NCBI GenBank assembly: GCA_051439605.1
Contig: JBFRWN010000124.1
Coordinates: 136,366-200,365 of the forward strand
Length of the DNA stretch: 64,000 nucleotides
Direction: 5' to 3'
Source of the DNA: Synechococcus sp.
Lineage (GTDB): Bacteria; Cyanobacteriota; Cyanobacteriia; Thermostichales; PCC-7336
The notes below the pieces were generated by a model. That model was not told where the DNA came from. It was given only the letters and a program-made list of their open reading frames with translations, and searched no databases. Both the position numbers and the translations under genes were made by a program. This document shows, piece by piece, positions 45,389-55,548 of the stretch. Each line of letters begins with the position of its first letter. The first letter of the stretch is position 1.

Positions 45389-45599
45389 GGGGGTTGACCT
45401 CAAATTGAGGGAACGATCTCATCACCCAATCTAGAGAGCTTTTGGGGATAACGCTCTGACTGTCACTAGGCTTGACCTGATGTTGCGTATCGACATGTTT
45501 GGAGTCATTTTGTTGACTGGATGTGTCGAAATTGTGCGAAATCGAGCCCCCCCAAGGCTGACCCGTTGGTGTGTGGTCGTTAGCTTCCACCAGATGTCG

Positions 45600-47201
45600 C
45601 TATTGAGCGATCGCTGCTTCGGGTACGCTCGCCAATGCTGGAGTTAGCGGAGTGATAGCGGTGCCGGGATAGTAAAACTGCAGAATATTTTCAGCACTGT
45701 ATCCCCGGCGAGCGAGATGGTACGACCCATATTGGCTCATGCCTACACCGTGGCCCAGACCTCCGCCACTGAAGGTATAGCCGGTCAAGGTGCTGCCTCT
45801 GTGAATAGGGTCAATGGTGAACAGAAGGCTATAGGTGGCCCGCAACCCTAGCAATATCGAGTCTTTGCGAAGACGAATGCTGGCAATCGAGTTGTCCGGT
45901 TGCCGCAGGTCCAAGCGCATTTCCTGGACGCGGCCACTTGGCGATCGCTCTAAAATCTCTAACCCAACAATCTCGTTGTATGCAGGCATCGGCACGCTGA
46001 GGTACTTCTGGTTTTCACGCAAATTGCGGGTCAGTTTCGATAGGGGTTGATCCAGTTCCCAGCGGAAATAATTGGATATTCCCGCCTCGTTAAATCCGTT
46101 GCGCAACCGGAGGAATTGTCGAAAATGATTGTCCCTGGATAAGTCGAGAGGGTTGAGCTGCGGGTTGGGGGAAAGGGTATCGGGGATGGATTGTAGGTAG
46201 GGGCGGGATTCACCATCCCAAATATGGGTGAAGGCGGCAGTGACTCCTCCTGTGGTAGAGGAATAGACAGCATCCACCAGTTGCCCCTGATAGGTGAGCA
46301 CTTGACCGGAGGTGGCAGCAATGGCGAGATCGGCAGAATTGATAGTCCCCATAAGTCCTCGATAGACCTGACACTGAGTATCGGCACACAGCTCGTAATT
46401 GTCGGGGGCAAACCGGTGGCGATTTTGCAGAGCGTAGGTGCGAGCCAAGATGGCCTGGGCTTTCACCGCTTCGAAGGGGGCACTTGGACCAATCTCGTGC
46501 GGTACCACACCTCGCAGGTAGGTTTCGATGGGGACAGAGTTGACAACCGTGAAGGTTCCAAAAGTGTTAGGCTGCAGGGTCAGCTTACCGCCATACAGCT
46601 TGCCATTGACCATTAACGGCGACCCCGTGCTGGAACGAAGCTCGACCATTTCACCGGTGAAGGTTTCCCCCTGAATTGACCAACTGAGGTGTTGGCGGCT
46701 AGAGACCATTGCACTTTCAAGTTTGACCCCAGGACGAGCTTGAGATTCAGCCAACGTCAAGATTTGTTGGTAGTCCTCTAAATCGTACAGAGAAGGATCG
46801 GCCCACACCTGCCACTCTTCCGGCTGGACCGTTAGGGTTTCTACTCCCAGTTCTTCCCAACTACGGGCACTGGCGTCGGCACTTTCGAAACTGCGGTGGC
46901 GACTGAGAATGAGACGTTGCTCTAGGATCGGTTGCGGAAGGTACCGATCGGTGGCGTCGATGGTGATTGAGGGAATATTGCGAACCAATTCCTCTCCACC
47001 CTCACTGTCATATTCCATTACGACATGTCCGCTCCCCGTAGCAGAGACAGTCAGGAGATCGCCAGCGTTTTCCCCAAACCGCTGCACGATGCCAATATCG
47101 AGTGTGGGGTTGGCAGGGGCAGCAATAGTCGACGCACCCCCAATCCCCCCCAACCAGAAGCTGACTCCTACGCCAAGCACCAAACGGCACACTTTCACCA
47201 T
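45600..47201 (-). CDS. SpoIID/LytB domain protein
   Basis: ETYLRGVVPHEI, KAQAILARTYA, CADTQCQVY, GHGVGMSQYG, ILQFYYPG; signal-peptide-like start at ATG 47201. Confidence 0.92.
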   Translation of the reverse strand: MVKVCRLVLGVGVSFWLGGIGGASTIAAPANPTLDIGIVQRFGENAGDLLTVSATGSGHVVMEYDSEGGEELVRNIPSITIDATDRYLPQPILEQRLILSRHRSFESADASARSWEELGVETLTVQPEEWQVWADPSLYDLEDYQQILTLAESQARPGVKLESAMVSSRQHLSWSIQGETFTGEMVELRSSTGSPLMVNGKLYGGKLTLQPNTFGTFTVVNSVPIETYLRGVVPHEIGPSAPFEAVKAQAILARTYALQNRHRFAPDNYELCADTQCQVYRGLMGTINSADLAIAATSGQVLTYQGQLVDAVYSSTTGGVTAAFTHIWDGESRPYLQSIPDTLSPNPQLNPLDLSRDNHFRQFLRLRNGFNEAGISNYFRWELDQPLSKLTRNLRENQKYLSVPMPAYNEIVGLEILERSPSGRVQEMRLDLRQPDNSIASIRLRKDSILLGLRATYSLLFTIDPIHRGSTLTGYTFSGGGLGHGVGMSQYGSYHLARRGYSAENILQFYYPGTAITPLTPALASVPEAAIAQ

Positions 47202-47415
47202 TTTGACCACCGCGTCACGATTTTTCCATGATGCCAAGGATTTCTGCAGGTGGCATCGACTCTCGATCGGCACTTGCTTGACTTGAGTTCAATGGCCCTC
47301 TCCTGGCTCGGGAAAGGAGAACAAGAGCCACAAATGCCTAGGAAGTGGCCCCCCAAAGGCTGGAGTCTCCTTATCGAACAATCTCCCTCAAGAAATGTAC
47401 CGCCAGCTTCGTTCT

Positions 47416-48558
47416 CTAGGCCACTGAAGTACGGGGAGTAAAGGCCGAGAGATCGCAAGCCTGGGTTTGTCCCTCCACCAATAAATCCTTCACCACCTGA
47501 GCGGTAATGGGAGACAGCAGAACGCCATTTCGATAATGCCCCGTCGCCACAATCACGTTTTGGTGCATGGGCGATCGCCCTAAAATCGGAGCCCGCTGTC
47601 CCAGCGGTCGTGGCCTCATCCCCCCCCATTGAGACAGCAACTCCGCTTCTTGTAATACCGGAAGTAGCGTGGTGGCCTTCCCCATCAATTGCTGCATGCC
47701 ACCCAAAGTGGGGGTGGCAATGTTGGGCTGAAATTCCACTGTCGCCCCAATCCAATAGGTGCCATCCGCCAGCGGTACAATGTTAATGTCTCCATCCGTA
47801 ATGGGTGGTCCATAGGGCAATGGAGAACTGGGGCGAATGCGCATTGCCTGCCCCTTGACTGGAGTCACCTGAATATCCAATCCCAGCTGATCGCTAAACC
47901 CGGCGCTACCTAATCCCGCTGCCACCACAAAGTGGCTGGCAGATACCGTTTGGTTGGGGGTGTAGAACGCGTTAATCCTGCCCCGCTCTGATTTCAGGCA
48001 CATCACCGGTTCGTTGAACAAAAACTGCGCCCCGTTTTGCTTGGCCGCCCGCACCAATGCCTGAAGAAAAGCACGCGGCTCAATTTGACGATCGGCTGGG
48101 GAATGAAGCCCCCCCCACTGCCAATTGAGCTCCGGCTGCAGGCGGTGAATGGCTGCTGCATCTAGCTGATGAATGTCGAATCCTGCTTCTTGGCGGGCAG
48201 CGATCGCCTCCTTCCATTGTGGCCAATCTTCGTCAGGGATGAGGCGTAGCAACCCCTGTCGGTTGACCGGTAGCGAATACCCCAATTGTTCTTCTAGTTC
48301 CTGCACCAGTTCTCCAAAGCGCACTAGGCTGGCCAACCGCAAATCCACCACCGGCCCATCCGTTTTCTGAGTGCTGACCGCCATCATGACCCCTAGGGCC
48401 GCTCCAGACGCCTGTCCTGCTGGAGCCCCCGCATCCACCGCCACTACCGACAGGGACTGACGTGACAATTCGTAGGCAATGGCTGCCCCCACTACGCCGC
48501 ATCCAATTACCGCTACATCGCATTTCAACAGCGCAGTCCTCAGTTCACCACAGGTCAT
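47416..48558 (-). CDS. FAD-dependent oxidoreductase, glycine oxidase (ThiO/DAO) family
   Basis: VIGCGVVG, PVKGQ, GMRP, ATGHYRNGVLLSP. Confidence 0.88.
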   Translation of the reverse strand: MTCGELRTALLKCDVAVIGCGVVGAAIAYELSRQSLSVVAVDAGAPAGQASGAALGVMMAVSTQKTDGPVVDLRLASLVRFGELVQELEEQLGYSLPVNRQGLLRLIPDEDWPQWKEAIAARQEAGFDIHQLDAAAIHRLQPELNWQWGGLHSPADRQIEPRAFLQALVRAAKQNGAQFLFNEPVMCLKSERGRINAFYTPNQTVSASHFVVAAGLGSAGFSDQLGLDIQVTPVKGQAMRIRPSSPLPYGPPITDGDINIVPLADGTYWIGATVEFQPNIATPTLGGMQQLMGKATTLLPVLQEAELLSQWGGMRPRPLGQRAPILGRSPMHQNVIVATGHYRNGVLLSPITAQVVKDLLVEGQTQACDLSAFTPRTSVA

Positions 48559-48658
48559 TGTTCACTTAAGCTGCGTATTGGCGCAACCGGACTGAAATAA
48601 CGGTGCTTTCTTTCCCACTCGATCGAGGTCCTGATAGAGCAGTGAAGTATTCTGGGGG

Positions 48659-51325
48659 CTAAGCCCACCGCACCAGCCGCATTTCTAGCCGATCGTGGAG
48701 GTCCGGATGATGGGGGAGCAGGCGAAGCGCCAAGCCTTGTAACCCGCTGCGATCGTATTGTACTTTGCCGCGATAAACTGCTCGCGCTCCTTCCATATGG
48801 GTGAATACTAGTGGCTCACCCTTTCCCTCTCGAATTTCTCCCGTTTCGTCCACCGGCCCGCAATACACCTCGACCTGAATATCACCAGCTAACAATTGGC
48901 CTAATTGAATATGAGCGGTAACCTCCACAGGATCTCCTATGGCCAGAACAGAAACCGCTTCTGCCCCAACAGCCTCTGTGGCAACAGGTGCCGTTGCCAC
49001 AGAGGCTGTTGGGGCTGTCCCCGATAACCCAGCTAAAGTGTCTGCCTTGATGCTGAGGGGTTTTAAGGGTTCCACATCGACTTTAACGATTTCAATGTGA
49101 TACCAGTTTGCGAGCAGGCGATCCTGCCAGTCCACCAATTCTTGGGCCGGTCGGTAGTTATCCGCTTGCATGCGATCGAAGTAACCGCTGATGGGGAAAT
49201 AGGCCCTCTCCGCATAGTCCTGCACCATTCTTTGGGTACTAAAGAGCGGGACATTCATACGAATGGAGTTTTTCATCTGCTTAATCCATTCGCGGGGTAA
49301 TCCGTCTCCATCCCGCTCGTAAAAGGAAGGCACGATCTCGTGCTCAAGTAAGTCGTAAATAGAGGTGGATTCTACTGCATCTTGGTAATCGCGATCGCTG
49401 TATTCCTCTCCCCGCCCAATGGGCCAACCGGTTTTATGGTAATCAGCCTCTGCCCACCAGCCATCCAAAATACTCAGATTTAGTAGTCCGTTGGCCGCCG
49501 CCTTCATACCGCTGGTGCCAGAGGCCTCTCGAGGCCGCAATGGTGTATTCAGCCACATGTCCGCCCCTGCCACCATCAGACTGGTGATATGCATGTCGTA
49601 GTCTTCGATGAACACAATCCGATGGCGCACGTTTTCTTGGCGAGCAAATTGCACGATATCGCGAATCAGCTCTTTACCGGGTGTGTCTTTGGGGTGGGCC
49701 TTACCGGCAAAAATAATTTGCAGCGGCATGTCTTTGTTGGTGAGCAACTTAATCAAGCGATCGCGATCGCGCAGCAACAAAGTAGCTCGCTTGTAGGTGG
49801 CAAATCGGCGGGCAAACCCAATTGTCAGTGCTTTCGGATCGAGGATCTCCAGTGCTTTTGCCAACTCCGGTGGGGAGGCTCCTTGTGCTTCCAGTTGAGC
49901 GTGCAGTCGTTGGCGCGTAAAATCTACCAAATTGGCTCGACAACGCTCATGGGTGCGCCATAATTCCTCATCCGGCAAGCCATCTACCTTATCCCATGTT
50001 GGGTCAGAGGGCAGAGCTTGGGACCATCTCGAACCCAAATAGCGATCGTAGAGGTCTTGGACGTCAGACCCGACCCAGGTGCGACAGTGAATACCGTTAG
50101 TAATGGCACCAATGGGGACTTCTTCAGAGGGCAGATCCTGCCACAGGTTGCCAAACATCTGCCGAGCCACCTGTCCGTGAAGCTGACTGACCCCATTCAC
50201 AAAACTGGCTGTATTGATTGCTAGCACCGCCATACTGAACGGTGCATTAAAGTCCCCAGTATTCTCGCGCCCCAACCCCATAAACTGTTCGCGGGACAGT
50301 CCAAATGCCTTGTAATATTTCCCCAAGTAATAATCAATTTTGTCGGGAGGAAATAGATCTATACCCGCTGGAACCGGGGTGTGGGTGGTAAAAATTTGGC
50401 TGGATTTCGCCACCTGAAATGCCGTAGTAAACGAGAGCCCATCCACCATCAGGTGACGAATGCGCTCTAACCCCAAAAAGGCGGAATGCCCCTCATTCAT
50501 GTGAAACAGAGTGGGTTTAATCCCTAATGCCTCCAGGGCCAGAACCCCGCCAATGCCCAGCATCATCTCTTGATGAATGCGGATATCTTTATCCCCGCCG
50601 TACAACTCATCGGTGATGTCTTGGTCGTACTGGCTGTTGATGTCAAGATTGGTGTCCAGCAGATACAGCGGTACCCGTCCCACTTGGGCTCGCCAAATGC
50701 GGGCAAACACTGCTCGATTGGGATAATCTACCCGAATGCGGATTTCCGAGCCATCCTTATGCAGTTGTAGCTCTAGAGGCATGTTGTAAAAATCATTGAT
50801 GGGATAACGTTCTTGCTGCCACCCATCTGGATTGAGATATTGGCGAAAATAACCCTTTTGGTAGAGCAATCCCACCCCCACCAAAGGAAGGCCCAAATCG
50901 CTGGCTGACTTGAGGTGATCCCCTGCAAGAATCCCCAGCCCTCCAGAATAAATTGGCATGCAGTCAGAGATGCCAAATTCAGCAGAGAAATAGGCGTAAC
51001 ATTCCCCCTCCACTTGGCGATCACCCCGCACCTGTTGATACCAAGTGCTAGCGTCTAAATAGGCTTGCAATTGCTGCTGAACCCGCTGCATGTGGGCCAA
51101 AAACCCCTCATCCGCCTTCAGTTCGTTCAGGCGTTGCTGGGGAAGACTGCCCAGGAGTTTGACGGGGTTATGCTGACAGTCCTCCCACAGTTGTGGGTCC
51201 ATCCGTTGGAACAGCCGACGCGATTCGCCGTTCCAACTGAACTGCATGTTGTGGGCCAATTGCTGCAGAGGGACCAAGACCTCGGGCAAATAGGGGGTAA
51301 TTCTGAAGGTGCGAAGCGCTTTCAT
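48659..51325 (-). CDS. glgP: Alpha-glucan (glycogen) phosphorylase
   Basis: YSGGLGILAGD, HMNEGH, FARRFATYKR, PLP site EASGTSGMK. Confidence 0.96.
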   Translation of the reverse strand: MKALRTFRITPYLPEVLVPLQQLAHNMQFSWNGESRRLFQRMDPQLWEDCQHNPVKLLGSLPQQRLNELKADEGFLAHMQRVQQQLQAYLDASTWYQQVRGDRQVEGECYAYFSAEFGISDCMPIYSGGLGILAGDHLKSASDLGLPLVGVGLLYQKGYFRQYLNPDGWQQERYPINDFYNMPLELQLHKDGSEIRIRVDYPNRAVFARIWRAQVGRVPLYLLDTNLDINSQYDQDITDELYGGDKDIRIHQEMMLGIGGVLALEALGIKPTLFHMNEGHSAFLGLERIRHLMVDGLSFTTAFQVAKSSQIFTTHTPVPAGIDLFPPDKIDYYLGKYYKAFGLSREQFMGLGRENTGDFNAPFSMAVLAINTASFVNGVSQLHGQVARQMFGNLWQDLPSEEVPIGAITNGIHCRTWVGSDVQDLYDRYLGSRWSQALPSDPTWDKVDGLPDEELWRTHERCRANLVDFTRQRLHAQLEAQGASPPELAKALEILDPKALTIGFARRFATYKRATLLLRDRDRLIKLLTNKDMPLQIIFAGKAHPKDTPGKELIRDIVQFARQENVRHRIVFIEDYDMHITSLMVAGADMWLNTPLRPREASGTSGMKAAANGLLNLSILDGWWAEADYHKTGWPIGRGEEYSDRDYQDAVESTSIYDLLEHEIVPSFYERDGDGLPREWIKQMKNSIRMNVPLFSTQRMVQDYAERAYFPISGYFDRMQADNYRPAQELVDWQDRLLANWYHIEIVKVDVEPLKPLSIKADTLAGLSGTAPTASVATAPVATEAVGAEAVSVLAIGDPVEVTAHIQLGQLLAGDIQVEVYCGPVDETGEIREGKGEPLVFTHMEGARAVYRGKVQYDRSGLQGLALRLLPHHPDLHDRLEMRLVRWA

Positions 51326-51507
51326 GGCAACCCCAAGCGTGTATATTCCCTATTGTGTTGAGTGCCATCCCTGACATGCTTGATTTTTAGGTTTGTCTTC
51401 CAATAGGTGAAAATCCCCTTTAGCTTCTCAGGTGATTTCTCTGGATTGCCTTCACGCACAACGCAGAAAGTACATGTAGGCAATTGTCGGCAATTCCTTC
51501 AACTGCA

Positions 51508-52311
51508 TCATGGGTCAGTTACAAGTTGCACGCGATCGCCTACGCGAATACTGCTATTGGCAGAATCTAACGACACCAGCCGGGTGTTAGTTGTCAGCCG
51601 ATAGTAATGGTTGAATTGGGCGGAGTTACTCCAGCTGGGAAGCGTCGCTTGGCGTCGTTCGGCAAAAATGGCCTGGAAGCGCTTGAGGGATTCTCCTGAC
51701 TGGGGATGGCGGGTGGGCACAATGCACCTTGCACAAGAATTTGTTCCTGCTAGTGTGACCTCCTCTCCCACTTGAAAGGGCACTCCACGATCGCCATTGG
51801 CACATAACCGATCTTCCCAAAACGCTGGAGCCTCGCCAATCTCTAAATTCGCTCGCAGACGCTGCCGCATCTGCTGGGTATCCACTCCCTCAAACCAACT
51901 AGCCACTTCATCGAGGGTTGCAGTGGCGATCGCTGTTGGCCCCGGATAATTCGTGTCGTCAGGGAAGCCCGCTTTAGGATTCTGTTGTAATCGCACGGGT
52001 TTTTTGAAAAACTGGCTGAGCCACTCCTCCAGAGGACCGAGATCGCTATCCAACCCAAATTCGGACATTTCAGAAATGCCCTCCTCCCACAGCGAAACTC
52101 GCCGCCGATGGGGCTCCTTTAGGTTAAAATTGGCCCTCAACTGATGAATCCGGGCAGTGCGCTTACCGTTTACGTAACGTCCCGACTCATCCACAATAGA
52201 GAATTCGCGATCGCCCCGCAGCGCCCCATTAGGTAAAAGGCGGGCCTGAGACAGAGAAACCCCGTCCAAAGACTTGATGGGGTAAATCCAAATGGCGTCG
52301 AGAACAGGCAC
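51508..52311 (-). CDS. MOSC domain protein
   Basis: IYPIKSLDG, GDREF, RLRANL, FWED, CARCIVP; GTG start at 52311 overlaps the permease stop. Confidence 0.88.
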   Translation of the reverse strand: MPVLDAIWIYPIKSLDGVSLSQARLLPNGALRGDREFSIVDESGRYVNGKRTARIHQLRANFNLKEPHRRRVSLWEEGISEMSEFGLDSDLGPLEEWLSQFFKKPVRLQQNPKAGFPDDTNYPGPTAIATATLDEVASWFEGVDTQQMRQRLRANLEIGEAPAFWEDRLCANGDRGVPFQVGEEVTLAGTNSCARCIVPTRHPQSGESLKRFQAIFAERRQATLPSWSNSAQFNHYYRLTTNTRLVSLDSANSSIRVGDRVQLVTDP

Positions 52312-53192
52312 TAGGCCAACACCTTGCGCAAAACTCCCTGCACCAAGACGATGGAGGCCACCACAAACAGGGAAAGCGCCCCTAAGGAACCGATCAAAGA
52401 GAGCTCCCCCCATGGGGCATGCAGCACGATATCTGACCAAGCCCAATCGGTGTGGGTGTAGAGATAGCGGATGGGTTCGATGGCGTGGGTGAGGGGGTTA
52501 AGACTGGCCACCCATTTCAGCCAGATGGGCATGAAGTTTAGAGGGGCCAATGCGGTACTGGAGAAAATTAGCGGCAGGTTAATCAAGAAAATCAATGCCA
52601 GCAGCTCAGCATGGCCGGGCATCGCAAAAGCCAACCCCAAACTGAGGGCGGTGAACCCCAACACCAACAAGGCCACGATCGCCGTAACAATCGCTAGACC
52701 CACCAAGTCGGGGATGCCAGCCCCTAAAAAGTAGCTCGCCCCCACAATCATGCCGGTTTGCACCAATGCCATGCTGACAATAAAAAAGGCCGATGCCAAC
52801 ACAATCGAAAATCGCGAAGCCAGTGGAGCTACGAGCAGGCGGTTGAGGAAACCAAATTCGCGATCGAACAACACCGGAACGCCGGCATTCAGGGCTCCGC
52901 CGTAGGCCGTAAACACGATTACTCCAGCCCCTAAAAACTGCACGTAGCTTTGAGTCTCTCCAAAAATTCCTTGAGGAGCATTTTGGAACAGAGAACCGAA
53001 TAGAAGTAGCCACAGCAGTGGTTGAATCACCCCTACAGCAAATGTAGTCGGACGACGTTTGAGTTGAATAAACCAACGTCGAGTAAGGGCAAACGTTTCC
53101 TGCCAAAACTCTGGGGACAGGATGCCGGGGAGGGCGGTATCCGCGCCTTCGGCATAATCAGCTTGTAGGTTTGGGGCAGTAGCTTCGGTCAT
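52311..53192 (-). CDS. ABC-2 type exporter permease (Ycf38-like)
   Basis: FDREFGFLNRLLVAP, NPLTHAIEPIR, multiple TM helices. Confidence 0.92.
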   Translation of the reverse strand: MTEATAPNLQADYAEGADTALPGILSPEFWQETFALTRRWFIQLKRRPTTFAVGVIQPLLWLLLFGSLFQNAPQGIFGETQSYVQFLGAGVIVFTAYGGALNAGVPVLFDREFGFLNRLLVAPLASRFSIVLASAFFIVSMALVQTGMIVGASYFLGAGIPDLVGLAIVTAIVALLVLGFTALSLGLAFAMPGHAELLALIFLINLPLIFSSTALAPLNFMPIWLKWVASLNPLTHAIEPIRYLYTHTDWAWSDIVLHAPWGELSLIGSLGALSLFVVASIVLVQGVLRKVLA

Positions 53193-53248
53193 GCGAATGG
53201 GGCCATTCGAAACAACTTAACGGTTAAACCGCGAATCAATGGGTGCGG

Positions 53249-54256
53249 TTACTTCTTTTTCTTACCAGTATCGGCTTCGGCCGCAGCTAGTTCGGCATCC
53301 TTCAGGGTTTTGCCAGTGGCTGCCAGATAGACATCATCCAAACTGGGGCGAGAGTAGGCCAGTCCAAATACGGGGAGACCGGATGAGTTCAACTTCTGTC
53401 GAACCTCAGTACTTGCTGCGGTTTCGTCTATATTAACGACTAGGTTGAGGGCGTTGCCCTGGGCTGCATTAATGACGATATTTTGCACGAAGGCCAGTCC
53501 AGACAGGAGATTCAGCGCCTGCTCGGCCTCTGCGCGGGGGGTGAACTCCTTCAGACGCAGGGTGATGCGATCTCCCCCCACCTTCTGCTTCAGCTCTGCT
53601 GGTGTCCCCGTTGCGATGACGGTACCGGCATCAATAATGGCCACAGCATCAGCCAATGCATCAATTTCTTCTAAGTAATGGCTGGTCATCAACACTGTAA
53701 TGCCACGGGACTTTAACTCCCGTAAGAATTCCCAAATCACGACACGGCTTTCAATATCTAGCCCCACTGTCGGTTCGTCCAAAACTAATACATTTGGATC
53801 GTGCAGTAAACCCGCCGCCAAATCCAGACGCTTGCGCAGTCCCCCAGAGTAGGTGCCGATTTTATCGTCGGCACGATCTTCAAGACCTAACAGCTTAAGA
53901 ACGGTGTCGATGCGCTCGGTCGCTTGGCCTCGTTTCATGTGGTAGAGATCCGCCTGAAGCTGAAGCAGTTCTCGCCCTGTCAGCATCTTGTCTAGGGCCA
54001 CCTCTTGAGCAACGTAACCCAATCGTTTGCGTACCGCACGAGGATTGGAGATGGCGGAAATGCCACAGACGCGCAGATCCCCCGCATCAGGTCTCATCAG
54101 GGTACACAAGCAGCGCAGGGTGGTGGTTTTGCCCGCCCCATTTGGCCCCAGCAGCCCAAAAATCTGTCCCGCTTCCACCTCCAGCGACAAATCCTTAACC
54201 GCCTCAATATCGCCGTAGCGCTTTTGCAATCCTTGAATGGAAACAGCTAATGTCAC
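53249..54256 (-). CDS. ABC exporter ATP-binding protein (DrrA-like)
   Basis: GPNGAGKTT, YSGG, LDEPTVGLD, SHYLEE, PSLDDVYL. Confidence 0.94.
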   Translation of the reverse strand: MTLAVSIQGLQKRYGDIEAVKDLSLEVEAGQIFGLLGPNGAGKTTTLRCLCTLMRPDAGDLRVCGISAISNPRAVRKRLGYVAQEVALDKMLTGRELLQLQADLYHMKRGQATERIDTVLKLLGLEDRADDKIGTYSGGLRKRLDLAAGLLHDPNVLVLDEPTVGLDIESRVVIWEFLRELKSRGITVLMTSHYLEEIDALADAVAIIDAGTVIATGTPAELKQKVGGDRITLRLKEFTPRAEAEQALNLLSGLAFVQNIVINAAQGNALNLVVNIDETAASTEVRQKLNSSGLPVFGLAYSRPSLDDVYLAATGKTLKDAELAAAEADTGKKKK

Positions 54257-54569
54257 GAATTCCTCATCCTGTTAAGCAGGCTCTTAATGTTATTTAACAC
54301 CCTTCCTGCTGGCGATTGCGCGATCGCTCTCAAAGTTTTTACACTTACGCGCAGGTTTCCATCATTTTGGTTGGAGTGCCAAAGTTTTTCCAACGATAAA
54401 GCTCTTGTATGGCTAGACCAAGGATTTTCTGCTGTAAGCCAGATAGAAAAACGCTTTCCTGGTCATAGATACAGCCTTTCAAGAGCTGTATACAGTACTC
54501 AAGATGGCAGTCAAAGGATGCCAACCATACGAATATGGGGTACACTTCACTGCAGGTGAGGAGTGAACA

Positions 54570-54621
54570 ACAAGAAGCGAGCGGAAGACGAAACGCGGAA
54601 AGTCTTCTGCTCGCTTCTTGT
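54570..54621. repeat. Long inverted repeat (20-bp stem, 12-nt loop)
   Basis: ACAAGAAGCGAGCGGAAGAC / GTCTTCTGCTCGCTTCTTGT, 19/20 Watson-Crick plus one G-T pair. Confidence 0.85.
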
Positions 54622-55009
54622 ATGTATGTTTTTATGCAACTTTAGAGATATGCCTGATTCTTGAAAGATATCTCTCCGGTGCGTTGGTTCATTGCGCTTC
54701 CTGTAGGATTGGCTCTTGTGGAAATTGGCGCACAGTACTTAAGATGTACATAATTTCACAGCAAGCATATAGGCAAGAGGTAAGGCTCAAGTAACAATTA
54801 ATCCAGAATCTGGCCGAAAGTTACTGCAGCTCTATTTCGACATTGCCAGCACTTCAACAGGACTGGGGTACTCACCCCTCTCCAGCAGTTTTATTACTTG
54901 CTGTGCTCTGTTTCTAACGTGTTCGGCCTTTGCATATTTTGCAAACACGCAAACCGGCTCTTCGACGGATCCTCGCGCTTGTGCTGCAGCGGGCGGCAAT
55001 AGAACGAAA

Positions 55010-55494
55010 TCTAGTGGTTCCAAATTGAGAGACGGCTTTCTCTCCTGATAAGTGTAGGCAATCAGGCCAAATATCAAATTCACCAAGAAATTGATGCGGC
55101 TACGGTGCCGGGCATGCTTAATTTGTGAGATGTTTTTGAGTCAGTTGTTGATCGTCTAAATCAAGGAGCGCTTGCGCAGTAAAATCTTTTCCATTAGCGG
55201 TAACAGACGATTGTGCGTGTTCTTCAGAGGCATCACCAGCTGCAATCCCTGACTGAATAGTCTTTCAAGCAAGGCCTAGGCGATATAGCCTTTGTCTCCA
55301 AACAACTTGCTACTTAGGCTTTTCACAAGTTCGGGAACGGGCTTGCGAAAATCGGTAATTTGCTTCAAAGCTCTGGCAAAATTCATCGATATCCCAAACA
55401 GTTGCTCCTATTCCATGTGAGCACACTCGCTAGACCTAACTCTCGCTGCTAGTCTGGGCCCTTTGCACAAGCCTGGCTTACGTCGAACTCAGGT
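55010..55494 (-). mobile_element. IS982-family element remnant, internally deleted, with in-frame stops
   Basis: RKPVPELVKSLSSKLFGDKGYIA*...[41 protein letters not shown]...KPSL; terminal-IR-like ACCTGAGTTCGACGTAAG at 55494-55477. Confidence 0.88.
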
Positions 55495-55548
55495 CGATTA
55501 ATGCTGCTTTGAGTATCAACAGGGACAGCGACAGTTGTCGAGGCAGAA

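Noticed and set aside
45147..45590. 147-aa ORF and + strand ORFs across the duplicated region
   Set aside because: Substitutions between the two copies are synonymous in the 60-aa minus-strand frame, which also carries the SD, so the other frames are shadows
48940..49075. Ala/Thr-rich insertion near the GlgP C-terminus
   Set aside because: Looks like a low-complexity loop expansion; no intein or domain motifs
54566..54823. Hairpins as integron attC sites
   Set aside because: No RYYYAAC/GTTRRRY boxes with extrahelical bases, and no integrase or cassette array
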